Of a stretch of DNA of 64,000 nucleotides, positions 38,443-47,558 are shown piece after piece (positions within the stretch are counted from its first letter, which is position 1; every line of letters begins with the position of its first letter). Location: NCBI GenBank assembly GCA_045046875.1, contig JASFYY010000149.1, positions 1 through 64,000 on the forward strand, in the 5' to 3' direction. The DNA comes from Verrucomicrobiota bacterium. Lineage in GTDB: Bacteria > Verrucomicrobiota > Verrucomicrobiia > Verrucomicrobiales > DEV007. Under the pieces are notes generated by a model that saw only the letters and a program-made list of their open reading frames with translations, made no database searches and was not told the DNA's origin. The position numbers and the translations under genes are program-made.

Positions 38443-39954
38443 CTAGCCGAGTTGGTAATAAGGGGTGCTCATCATCAGGTGAAGCAATTCGGCCACCTCC
38501 CTATCAGTGAACCCCTCACTCCCCTTGGCTTTGGCATATTCCTCAAAAATCTCCTGCTGGAGCGGTTTGAGTTCATCCTGAAAAAGACGATTGCTTAGGT
38601 CTTTTACCAGTTCCAACGGATCCTGGCGCAGTTTTGCAGGAGCAATAGTTTTATAATCAGGCCCCTTCCATGAAGCTCCACCCTGTTTCCGCTTGCGCTT
38701 GGACTTTCCACGTCCACCACCCATCATCGGCGATTTCCCACCGCTCCCCTTGGTCACAAAGCCCGCCACATTGTACCGTGTCAGCAGGCTATTGGTATTG
38801 ATCCAGGCCTTTCCCCAATCCCAGCCAGCCACGTTAGGCGGCATCAGCAGTTGTTGACCCAACTGAATCTGTATCAGCCTCAAATAGCGTTCGGGAACGA
38901 CTTCCTCAATCTCGAGTTGGCGCAACATCTGGACGAGAAACTCCACCGGACTCTTGATCCGCGTCCGGATTGCCTGTGATGAATAAAACTCTTGCGAAAG
39001 GAATATTTTACGCAACAACGGTGCCACCTCGAAACCTCCTGCTAAAAAATCCGCTGCCAAAACATCCTTCATTTCCTGCGAAGGATTTTCGTAAGCGAAG
39101 TACTGCCAAAGTTTTGTTGGCACATAACCGGCGCAGGCCTCTTGTTCAAAAAGGATATTGATGATGTCCTTGCCCTCAAAGGCACCGGTCTGTCCCATGA
39201 AAGTTTTCTCACCTTCATCCCATGTTTTTTTGACATGCTTCACCTTGCCCGACCAGCGGTCGAGAGTGTAACCCGTAAAAGCTCTCGCCCCCTCCTTGAT
39301 ATCCTGTTCGCTGTAGTTCCCCTCCCCCAAAGTAAAAAGTTCCAGCAGCTCTCTGGCAAAGTTTTCATTGGGTTTGCCTTTTTTGGACTGTGGCGTATCG
39401 AGGTAGCGCATCATCGCAGGGTTAATCGCGATCCTTTGAGTCAGCTCTTTAAAATTTCCTGTCGCAAATTCCCGGAACAACGCATTTTGCTGATAGAGCA
39501 GCCGGGGATCCCGAACCTTCTGCAGACTGCTGGGAAAATGGTCGTGCCAGAAAAAAGTCATCTTCTCCTGTAAGGGCGCCTTGGTTTTTTGCATCCGGGT
39601 GAACCACCACTGCTGCAGCTCACCGCCCGCCGCCCGCATGGTCTTGCGCACCCGCTGGCGAAACTTCCTCTGCTTCTTCTCATACTCCTCGGCGCTCATT
39701 TCGCTGCGACTGTTGCGCAGCTGCTTCATTTGCTGACGAATTTCCTTACCTTTCCCATCGTCGTTCTCAAGTGTCCACTCCGGCGGTTCAAAAGCATCCA
39801 GACCCTCTGGAGGATTCAAAAGCAAGTCCACCGCCGGCTCCCGCCCCAGCGCATGAAATTCAACAAACTGCTTCGGCGAGCCACCGAAGCCGGCTCGATT
39901 CAGGAGATGCGCAGCCTCTCGCTGCGTCCATTCGTTTTGTGCGGGTAAAAGCAT
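38443..39954 (-). CDS. DUF1800 family protein
   Basis: AAHLLNRAGFG, FWHDHF, PNENFARELLELFTLG, PPNVAGW; usual partner of DUF1501. Confidence 0.9.
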   Translation of the reverse strand: MLLPAQNEWTQREAAHLLNRAGFGGSPKQFVEFHALGREPAVDLLLNPPEGLDAFEPPEWTLENDDGKGKEIRQQMKQLRNSRSEMSAEEYEKKQRKFRQRVRKTMRAAGGELQQWWFTRMQKTKAPLQEKMTFFWHDHFPSSLQKVRDPRLLYQQNALFREFATGNFKELTQRIAINPAMMRYLDTPQSKKGKPNENFARELLELFTLGEGNYSEQDIKEGARAFTGYTLDRWSGKVKHVKKTWDEGEKTFMGQTGAFEGKDIINILFEQEACAGYVPTKLWQYFAYENPSQEMKDVLAADFLAGGFEVAPLLRKIFLSQEFYSSQAIRTRIKSPVEFLVQMLRQLEIEEVVPERYLRLIQIQLGQQLLMPPNVAGWDWGKAWINTNSLLTRYNVAGFVTKGSGGKSPMMGGGRGKSKRKRKQGGASWKGPDYKTIAPAKLRQDPLELVKDLSNRLFQDELKPLQQEIFEEYAKAKGSEGFTDREVAELLHLMMSTPYYQLG

Positions 39955-40112
39955 AACCTGGTTATTTAATGTCTAATAATGAAACTCCCTGTTTTTAAAA
40001 AAGTTGCTCGCTCACCAAAAAAAATCACTTTTCCCAGCTATTGCCTGACCTCCTCCGCCCCCTGCAAATAATTGAATAGCTACGCACTCAATGCCTATTC
40101 ATTAACAAGCTT

Positions 40113-40523
40113 TTATTCCTTTTTGAGAACCATGCACCACTGCCCGGATTTGGTTTCGAAACTACTAGGCCGGGGTTTTCCAGGATCTCCAACACACCAT
40201 ATAAGCGTGCCATCTTTCACCGTGACGATCCCTTCGTAAATTTTCTTTCCCCCGCTCTTGATACCATTCAAATGATAAGGTTCCGTTGATGTGTCCAAAC
40301 TAATATCACCTCCGCCTGCCTTGTTGCTATCCACCTTGCTCCCTGAAATAGTGATAGTGAGTTGAGGTCCATCGTTAGGTTTATCCATACCGCCCGCCAG
40401 ACGGTGTCCAGACCAGGTTCCTGCCAACTCGGCTAAAGAAGCTTCCTTCTTGTCCTTAGCATGGGTAAAGGTGATCGCTAAGGAAACGAATAAAATCACT
40501 ATGTAAGTCAGGGGATTTTTCAT
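40113..40523 (-). CDS. TIGR03067-like (Planctomycete-type) small secreted protein
   Basis: Signal peptide; LAGTW...GIVTVKDGTLIWC...PRPSSF. Confidence 0.65.
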   Translation of the reverse strand: MKNPLTYIVILFVSLAITFTHAKDKKEASLAELAGTWSGHRLAGGMDKPNDGPQLTITISGSKVDSNKAGGGDISLDTSTEPYHLNGIKSGGKKIYEGIVTVKDGTLIWCVGDPGKPRPSSFETKSGQWCMVLKKE

Positions 40524-40797
40524 ACCACAACAGTAATTTAGTGCCAAAAGAGCGTCAAGCAGTTCGAACGGGTGGAGACAGCCCCACATCCGGACTCTTC
40601 ACCGGCTAGAACCCCCATGCTAAAACCAACCCAGCTTCAAATGCCCGCATTCTGATGCTCGACAAAGGGAATTAAACCGCAATTTAAACACAGGAAATAT
40701 CAAAATCCGAGTAGTAGAGACACCATAGTCTGCCTGAAAGTAATTAAACCCATAACAACGCTAAGATTGAAACACTCTCCACCTCGACTGCAAGCCT

Positions 40798-42213
40798 GTG
40801 CTTGTTACGCCTATTCCCCACAATACAACTCCAACTCCCCCCCTAATAATTACTTCTAAAAAGATATTGTTGACCCTTTTCTTGATTGCTGCGAGCGCCC
40901 TCCACCTGCTGGCTGACGACCCGCAAGGATTGATCCAATTGAATGACGACGGAGCGTGGTGCTGGTTTCAGGATGAGCGAGCTCTGATTCATAAAAACAA
41001 ACTGATATTCGGATCGGTAGCGGGCGGGGTGAAGGACAAATCCCGACGTGGAGACATTGATCTCACTGTGTTTGATCTTAAAACCAAAACCATTACCCGA
41101 ACAAAGCTTCACCACCGCTTGCAAGCAGATGATCACAACGTAGCAGGCTTGTTATTACGACCCGACGGAAGACTGCTGGCAATCTATTCAAAGCACGGCC
41201 CGGAAAATAAGTTTTACTACAGAATCAGCCAAAATGACGATTTCACCCAATGGGGGGCGATTAATGAATTTACGCCATCGGAAAAATCACAGATCACCTA
41301 TTCAAATCCACATTTTCTAAAAGAAGAAAACCAGACAACAGGCAGGGTTTACAACTTTTTCCGAGGCCTTGACGGAACCAACAAACCTTCTTACGTCTTC
41401 TCCGATGACTTGGGACAAACGTGGGCAACGGGAAATATCGTTATCTCTTTCCCCTCCTCATTCAAACACCGCCCCTACGTAAAATATTCCTCTGATGGTA
41501 AAAATACTATCCACCTCCTTTACACCGATGCCCATCCACGAAATTTCAACAACAACGTTTACCACATTTTTTATCGCAACGGATTCCTGCATAGATCCGA
41601 CGGCTCGAAAATTCGCAGCCTAAAAAAGGGGCTCAAAAACCCAGGTGAGGGCACTCTCATTTTCCGGGGAAATTCCAACAACATCGGTTGGACGAGCGAT
41701 TTACATTTGAGTCCTGACGGACGCCCTTATGCAGTCTGCACCGTTCGGAAAAATTCGGAAGGGCAATCCGTAGAACAGTTTGGCAATGATCTCCGCTACC
41801 ATTATGCATGGTGGGACGGCAACGCCTGGCATAATCAGGAAATCGCCTATGCAGGTAGCCGGCTCTATCCTCGCGAGTTTGACTACACCGGCAATATTTG
41901 TCTCGATCCTGACAACTTGAACCATGTCTTCATTTCGACAAATGCCGACCCTGTCACGGGAGATCCGCTCATTAGCCAAACCGACGGCAAACGCCATTAC
42001 GAAATTTTTCACGGAATCACCAAAGACAAAGGTAACCATTTCAGCTGGAAAGCAATCACCAAAAATTCAACCGGCGATAATCTGCGCCCACTTGTCCCAA
42101 CGTGGAATGTGAAACAGTCAATGTTACTCTGGTATCGAGGCAGTTACCGAACCTATACCGATTTTGACACCGAGGTCGTAGGCATAATTCTAAAGAATAC
42201 CTCCAATGACTAA
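40798..42213 (+). CDS. BNR-repeat (Asp-box) beta-propeller protein, possibly carbohydrate-active
   Basis: GAWCWFQDERA, DDHN, Asp-box SDDLGQTW, RPYVKY, DAHPR. Start codon uncertain. Confidence 0.75.
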   Translation: MLVTPIPHNTTPTPPLIITSKKILLTLFLIAASALHLLADDPQGLIQLNDDGAWCWFQDERALIHKNKLIFGSVAGGVKDKSRRGDIDLTVFDLKTKTITRTKLHHRLQADDHNVAGLLLRPDGRLLAIYSKHGPENKFYYRISQNDDFTQWGAINEFTPSEKSQITYSNPHFLKEENQTTGRVYNFFRGLDGTNKPSYVFSDDLGQTWATGNIVISFPSSFKHRPYVKYSSDGKNTIHLLYTDAHPRNFNNNVYHIFYRNGFLHRSDGSKIRSLKKGLKNPGEGTLIFRGNSNNIGWTSDLHLSPDGRPYAVCTVRKNSEGQSVEQFGNDLRYHYAWWDGNAWHNQEIAYAGSRLYPREFDYTGNICLDPDNLNHVFISTNADPVTGDPLISQTDGKRHYEIFHGITKDKGNHFSWKAITKNSTGDNLRPLVPTWNVKQSMLLWYRGSYRTYTDFDTEVVGIILKNTSND

Positions 42214-42261
42214 AAGCAGAAAAAAACATCCGCACAATAATTCCTTGGAAAATAGCCAGCT

Positions 42262-42882
42262 ATGAACACCATTCAGATTCTACTGAGCTTAGTCTTGCTT
42301 GCATCAACGAGCAGCCTTGCCTCGGCACTTGAATATGAAAAGGACATCATGCCTATCTTCAAAAAAAAGTGCTTCAAATGCCACAGTGACAAAGCCAAAA
42401 AACCCAAGGGTGGTCTACGCTTCGATGATCCGGCCAAGTTTCATGGCCGCTTCGAAAAAGACGAACTTGTCCAACCCGGCAATCCAAAGATGAGCAACCT
42501 TTATTATTCCCTCACCCGCCCACGTTATGACAAAGGAGCCATGCCGCCCGAAGACAAAGGCAAGCAACTCACCGAAGAAGAGGTCTTGAAAATCCGCAAC
42601 TGGATCATAGCAGGGGCTCCCATCAATGGCACCCGGGGGAAACGCGGGAAATTACCCAAAGAAGAAAAATCCCAGGACAAATCTACCCTCCACATTCCAC
42701 GGGAACGAGAATGGACCAATAAACAGGGGAAAACCATACTTGCTACTTTTCTAAAAATCGAAGCTGACTCCGCATGGCTCCGCCTCAAAAACGGAAAAAT
42801 TTATCCTTACCCCATCAACCAACTCTCTGAGAAAAGTCAGGACTTATTAAAAAAGCTAGACTCAGAAAACAAGATAAAGTGA
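42262..42882 (+). CDS. Planctomycete-type cytochrome c domain fused to an SHD1-like domain
   Basis: Signal peptide, CFKCH heme motif, KGGLR, MPP, WIIAGA; C-terminal REWTNKQGKTI...LSEKSQ. Confidence 0.8.
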   Translation: MNTIQILLSLVLLASTSSLASALEYEKDIMPIFKKKCFKCHSDKAKKPKGGLRFDDPAKFHGRFEKDELVQPGNPKMSNLYYSLTRPRYDKGAMPPEDKGKQLTEEEVLKIRNWIIAGAPINGTRGKRGKLPKEEKSQDKSTLHIPREREWTNKQGKTILATFLKIEADSAWLRLKNGKIYPYPINQLSEKSQDLLKKLDSENKIK

Positions 42883-42894
42883 TAAAGTGATAAA
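42873..42894 (+). repeat. Short tandem repeat (GATAAAGT) x about 3
   Basis: GATAAAGT GATAAAGT GATAAA overlapping the stop of the cytochrome gene. Confidence 0.6.
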
Positions 42895-42978
42895 ATTTTG
42901 ATCCTTCTTAAATAATCTTTTGAGCACCAGCCAGTGCTGCGGCTCAATCACAATCACTGCTCTTAAGGCCCGTTACAA

Positions 42979-44400
42979 TTAACTTATAGGTAAAAGGAAA
43001 TCGATCACGTCAGACGAAGTGTAAAGAGGGTCTTGCAAACTCGAAAGGCGCTGAATCCCCTCCAAATCATCTCCGCAAGTCACCAGCGGTAACTCCTGAT
43101 ACGCATCACTCCTAATTTGAGCCAGACCTATGTTGGCCATCAAGCCATTGCAAAGACATTTTTTTCCGACACTGTCCTCCAACTTGCCTCCACTTTTGAC
43201 ATAATGTTCCGGATTTTCCGCCCGGCACCTCCAACCAACACCTCCGTCCGGCAATTCGTAAGCTTCCCGCAAATAACCCAAATCGCACATCCTGTGACGC
43301 CTGGTATAATCCTCCTCCTCCGAAAGGGTATCTGGAATAGATATCACTTTAAAAGGGAAGCCCGTCGGAGAAGCGATTGGATCCGTCTTGATCTGCACCC
43401 GTCCCTGATGACAACTCTTGATCACATCACTTTTTATATCCGCACGCAAACCTGACTCCTCACAGAAAGCAAATATCGTTCCCACTTGGACTCCCGATGC
43501 ACCTGCATCAATAGCCTTTTGAAGTTCCTCCGGCTTGCCATAGGAACCCGCCAACCAAAACGGCAAGCCCAAGCGACGGATCTGCTCAAGATCCACTTCA
43601 TCCCGCCGTCCATATAGAGGTTCACCTTCCTCACTGAACACCGCTTTCCCCCGCGGCGGAGCATTGTGCCCGCCCGCACTTGGCCCTTCGATGATCAAAC
43701 CATCGACCTGACCTTTGCATTTTTTAACCATCACCATGGCCAGCGTCGCTGAAGCCACAATAGGTAAAAATAGCGGCTTTGGCATTACCTCACAAGCAGC
43801 TCCCATCACGTCAGCAGGATCAAAAGAGAGCTTGTGCCCTCCGCTTCCTTCCTCGCCTTGCACATACAAATCAAATTCAGCCGCTTCACCACGACAAAGA
43901 TTATCTATGATAGTGGGAATCTGCAATGGGATTCCAGCCCCCACAATCACCACATCCACCCCTGCTAAAATCGCTCCATAAAGAGAAGGCATGATCGGGG
44001 TCTGAATCTTATGCAAAAAATTAATACCTACCAAGCCATCATGCCCCTCCTTGGCTAAAAACACCTCCACAAAATTCGCCACCACGAGTAACTCCTGAAT
44101 AGAACGGCTAAGTTTATGTCCCACCATAGCCTTGTTCGCATAAGGCTCCGCATGCCCCTTTCCTCCCGGGATATAATATTTATCAAGGATAGATTGAGCC
44201 ATCTCAGAATCAGGAAACGCGGCAAGCCCCCGCCTCATATCGCCACCAGGATCTCCCTGCTGCAATCGCCTCACAAAAATGAGATCCAAGGCTGTTCCGC
44301 TCACCACCCCCAGCTGCTTGCATAAAGAAACCGCACGCGCCAGACGCCAATCTGATACGCCCAAGCCCATCCCTCCTTGTATTATTTTGGTAGAATTCAT
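42979..44400 (-). CDS. Nitronate monooxygenase / FabK-FabX-family FMN enzyme with a four-Cys C-terminal region
   Basis: IIQGGMG, GAGIP, EGPSAGGH (catalytic His), GVQVGT, SPTGFPF; Cys in CDLGYL, WRCRAE, CLCNG; GGGGAG upstream of ATG 44400. Confidence 0.85.
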   Translation of the reverse strand: MNSTKIIQGGMGLGVSDWRLARAVSLCKQLGVVSGTALDLIFVRRLQQGDPGGDMRRGLAAFPDSEMAQSILDKYYIPGGKGHAEPYANKAMVGHKLSRSIQELLVVANFVEVFLAKEGHDGLVGINFLHKIQTPIMPSLYGAILAGVDVVIVGAGIPLQIPTIIDNLCRGEAAEFDLYVQGEEGSGGHKLSFDPADVMGAACEVMPKPLFLPIVASATLAMVMVKKCKGQVDGLIIEGPSAGGHNAPPRGKAVFSEEGEPLYGRRDEVDLEQIRRLGLPFWLAGSYGKPEELQKAIDAGASGVQVGTIFAFCEESGLRADIKSDVIKSCHQGRVQIKTDPIASPTGFPFKVISIPDTLSEEEDYTRRHRMCDLGYLREAYELPDGGVGWRCRAENPEHYVKSGGKLEDSVGKKCLCNGLMANIGLAQIRSDAYQELPLVTCGDDLEGIQRLSSLQDPLYTSSDVIDFLLPIS

Positions 44401-44455
44401 AAGCACATTACTCCCCTTGTATCCGGAGAGCTAAATTTGTGAAACAAGTCTGCTT

Positions 44456-44812
44456 CTAATCAGAATTCTTGCCTAGCTTCGGCGAAGAGGCATACTCGTC
44501 CTGCATTGTCGAGTTGCCAAAAATACCCATAACAATGGACATCAATCCTTTTTTCACCGGCTTCGGAGGATTATCACACCATTCCCCTACCTCCACATCA
44601 CCCTTCATTTTAACCCATTTCATGTGAATCGCATCATCTTCGCAAACTACAGTGCAGTCGCCCACACCAAGACATGTGTCAGGTGCCACTAGCGTTGCAA
44701 AATCCCAAACAGGTTTCAGGCAGGCGTGAGGGCAAGCCTCTACACACTTGCCGCAGCCAGTGCAATAATCAGTGATCACCGGCACCCATTTGTGGCTTAG
44801 TTTTTTGCTCAT
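44456..44812 (-). CDS. Dicluster-type ferredoxin with C-terminal extension
   Basis: CTGCGKCVEACP and a second motif CLGVGDCTVVC. Confidence 0.85.
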   Translation of the reverse strand: MSKKLSHKWVPVITDYCTGCGKCVEACPHACLKPVWDFATLVAPDTCLGVGDCTVVCEDDAIHMKWVKMKGDVEVGEWCDNPPKPVKKGLMSIVMGIFGNSTMQDEYASSPKLGKNSD

Positions 44813-44827
44813 AATTCGTTTATATAT

Positions 44828-44851
44828 CCCCCGCCCAAAATTAGGCAGGGG
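44828..44851 (-). promoter_or_regulatory. Intercistronic RNA hairpin without a U-tract
   Basis: Minus strand CCCCUGCCUA-AUUU-UGGGCGGGGG pairs fully only with G-U pairs, so it folds best in the minus-strand transcript. Confidence 0.5.
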
Positions 44852-44869
44852 CACTTACCTCACGTTTGT

Positions 44870-47359
44870 CTACTCTTCTTCCTCTTCCTCTTCTTCTTCC
44901 TCCTCCTCTTCTTCCTCGAGCCTACCTGCGGCCACTTCAAGCAAATCACTGGTTCCGGCAAAAGGATCCACATCACCCGCAAGGGCTAATACGGATTTTG
45001 GCACCACAAACTGCTCCTTCGGAGATTGGGTGACCCGTAGATCAAACCAACGACTGATCATGAACCAAATCAATGGCAACACCCCGCCCACAATAAAGAC
45101 GATCACTCCGACACTACGCATCCACGTGAACAGCTGGAAAGTATCTCCTTCAAGAAAGGCCTGCGAGCGCCCATAAGCATAACCTTTATCCATGATGGCT
45201 ATCAATTGATGGACTCCCACTGGGAACAAGTCCATCGCAACCATCAACGCGAGGCCTAAATTCAGAGACCAAAACGAAGTGCGCAACATTTTGTCATTCC
45301 ATCGCTCAGGATGCACATTCCATCTAGCGCAAAACAGCATGGCTGCGATGCCCAGGTTTCCATACACTCCGAACAAAGCGGCATGCGCATGGTTCACCGT
45401 CAGGTAGCTGCCATGCTGATAATAATTCACAATAGGCAAATTCACCGAAAAACCAAGCACCCCGGCACCGAAGAAGTTCCAGAAGTTCACCCCGACAAGG
45501 AACAAAAACGCCGTCCCCAGTCCGAAAGTTGCATTAACTCCCTTATCCTTCTTCAACTGAGCGAGTGCGCTCTGCGGCATATTACGGAACCTCCAAGCTG
45601 ATACCGTCAACAATACCAAGGGAGCCACTTGCAGGCTTGAAAGCACCCCACCCAAAGCAATCGTCTCAATCGACTTGGCGTTCCAATAGAAGTTATGCGC
45701 GATACCAATCAGACCTGAGCCGAGGAACAACAAACACGCCAAATACACCACTCGCGCCGCCATTCGATGACTGACAAAACCCATCAGATATAAGAAGTAG
45801 GCCACAATGATCGTGGTGAACACTTCGAAAAAAGCCTCCACCCACATGTGAATCGTGCACCACCTCCAGAAATCGGCGATCACAAAACTTGTATCCGTCG
45901 ATGCCACAAACGAAGCCGTGAACATGAAAATCATTCCTGCGATGGCATACACCATCCAGTTTGGTAATGACCAAGTCTGCTTTTGTTTCAAGGCAGGCCA
46001 CAACCCGCGCATGACGATCACTAACCACATAGCAAATGATACAAAAAGCAGATACTGATAAAAACGCCCGATCGTCATGAACTCCCACCCCTGGATGCCG
46101 AACCAACGGTTCATTTCTCCTTCAAAAACCCTGGCGATTCCAAGTGGAATACCAATCGCTCCACCAACCCCTACCACCAACAACACCCAGAACAGGGCAT
46201 TCACCCATTTGAGTTGACCCGTAGGCTCAGGGCGGCAGATCAGAGGCAATACCCAGATGGTGGCAGCAAACCAACACACCGCAATCCACAACACCGATAT
46301 TTGCTCATGCCAGGCCCGTGTCACCGTGACCGGCAGCAAATGATTGATCTGCAGTCCCATTTTATCAAAAATGTGAACAAAATCCATCACCGTCAACAAA
46401 CCTGCCAACACCTGAATCCCAAACAATATACAAGCCACGGCAAAATACTTATAAGTCGCCCTTTGTGTGGGAGTTGGTTTAAATTTGTCCAGAAAGTCAC
46501 TGGTAGCCAAAGGGGGCATCTTGCCCTTCTCCTGCTCAAACTCCGCATCCGGATCCAATTTGCCGTAGTAGTAAAAAATGGTTCCGATAAACCAGATCAC
46601 AATGATCACCCCAATAATGCTCCATAGCACCAAGCCTCCATGCGGCAAATTTCCCGCCAGAGGATCATAAGGCCAGTTTTGGGTATAACTGTATTCATAC
46701 CCTGGTCGCGCAGCACCACACAACCAACCGCCCCAATAGAAAAAAGCGGTCAATTCTCTAATATCCTGTTCATCGGTGATATAATTCGGAGGATTAAAGG
46801 TCTCTTGCCCCACCAGATCCCCGCCGCGTCCAAACATCTGGGTGTAATAAGTTAACATCTTTTTGGCTGCATAAACCTGCCCGTCCGTCATCACAATAGC
46901 ACCAGGCTCAAACTTACTCTGCTCGTCCCCCTGTTTGGTGTAGTAGTCCGCCACATAGGTGTTTTTCTTGATCTCCTTCTGCACCAAAGCACGAACAATA
47001 GTTTCTCTCACCTCGGCATCCGGTTCCCTCGCCTGCCAATCCCTTTCATAATATTCATTCATCCACTTGGCGGTATTGTTAAGCGCCTCCCCAGTGAAAT
47101 CCGGCCCTCTCATTCCTCCATCTCCCAGGTAACTGCCATAATCCATCAAGCCCCTACTGAGGAAAACCTTCTGACCCTCTTGAATCTCTTCAGCTGTAAA
47201 TATAATAGCACCTTTACTGTCTACAAAATTAGACCTGGGCGGCGCATACTCGTATGTCTTATAGCCGATGTAACCGACAACGCAGATACTGACCGCAAAA
47301 ATAATAACGAATATTTTCCACCAGTTTTTACGTTGATCGATTATTTTTAGAATGTTCAT
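44870..47359 (-). CDS. qNor-family heme-copper oxidoreductase with NO-dismutase (Nod)-like substitutions
   Basis: qNor architecture (heme-less N-terminal domain, YTQNWPYDP, RAWH, IHMWVEAFFE, NHAHAALFGVYG), but GIAHNFYW instead of HH, SSLQV instead of SALEV, and no quinol-site His/Asp. Confidence 0.85.
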   Translation of the reverse strand: MNILKIIDQRKNWWKIFVIIFAVSICVVGYIGYKTYEYAPPRSNFVDSKGAIIFTAEEIQEGQKVFLSRGLMDYGSYLGDGGMRGPDFTGEALNNTAKWMNEYYERDWQAREPDAEVRETIVRALVQKEIKKNTYVADYYTKQGDEQSKFEPGAIVMTDGQVYAAKKMLTYYTQMFGRGGDLVGQETFNPPNYITDEQDIRELTAFFYWGGWLCGAARPGYEYSYTQNWPYDPLAGNLPHGGLVLWSIIGVIIVIWFIGTIFYYYGKLDPDAEFEQEKGKMPPLATSDFLDKFKPTPTQRATYKYFAVACILFGIQVLAGLLTVMDFVHIFDKMGLQINHLLPVTVTRAWHEQISVLWIAVCWFAATIWVLPLICRPEPTGQLKWVNALFWVLLVVGVGGAIGIPLGIARVFEGEMNRWFGIQGWEFMTIGRFYQYLLFVSFAMWLVIVMRGLWPALKQKQTWSLPNWMVYAIAGMIFMFTASFVASTDTSFVIADFWRWCTIHMWVEAFFEVFTTIIVAYFLYLMGFVSHRMAARVVYLACLLFLGSGLIGIAHNFYWNAKSIETIALGGVLSSLQVAPLVLLTVSAWRFRNMPQSALAQLKKDKGVNATFGLGTAFLFLVGVNFWNFFGAGVLGFSVNLPIVNYYQHGSYLTVNHAHAALFGVYGNLGIAAMLFCARWNVHPERWNDKMLRTSFWSLNLGLALMVAMDLFPVGVHQLIAIMDKGYAYGRSQAFLEGDTFQLFTWMRSVGVIVFIVGGVLPLIWFMISRWFDLRVTQSPKEQFVVPKSVLALAGDVDPFAGTSDLLEVAAGRLEEEEEEEEEEEEEEE

Positions 47360-47558
47360 AGATGATCCTTTCTTGTTTGGGGGTTAGGAAACAGAAACCT
47401 GCGTTTTCACAGATTAGTTATTCCCGTGCATTACTATCACGTCAGAATCTTCACTCCCACCACCCGAATGCTGTTATTCCCTGCGCATAACTTGCCTCGA
47501 TTGTTTTTTATGATAATATTCCCCCTCTTTAACAATGCCATACAGCGTGTTCCCCCCC

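Noticed and set aside
37102..39954. DUF1800-DUF1501 as part of the NO module
   Set aside because: A widespread gene pair, separated from ric by a strong hairpin and from the Nod-like operon by unrelated genes; nothing in the sequence links it to NO.
44870..47359. Annotation as ordinary qNor (norB/norZ) or cytochrome c oxidase subunit I
   Set aside because: It lacks the His-His metal pair, one conserved Glu and the quinol-site residues of qNor, and has Glu rather than the oxidase cross-linked Tyr after HxWV. No gene symbol was given.
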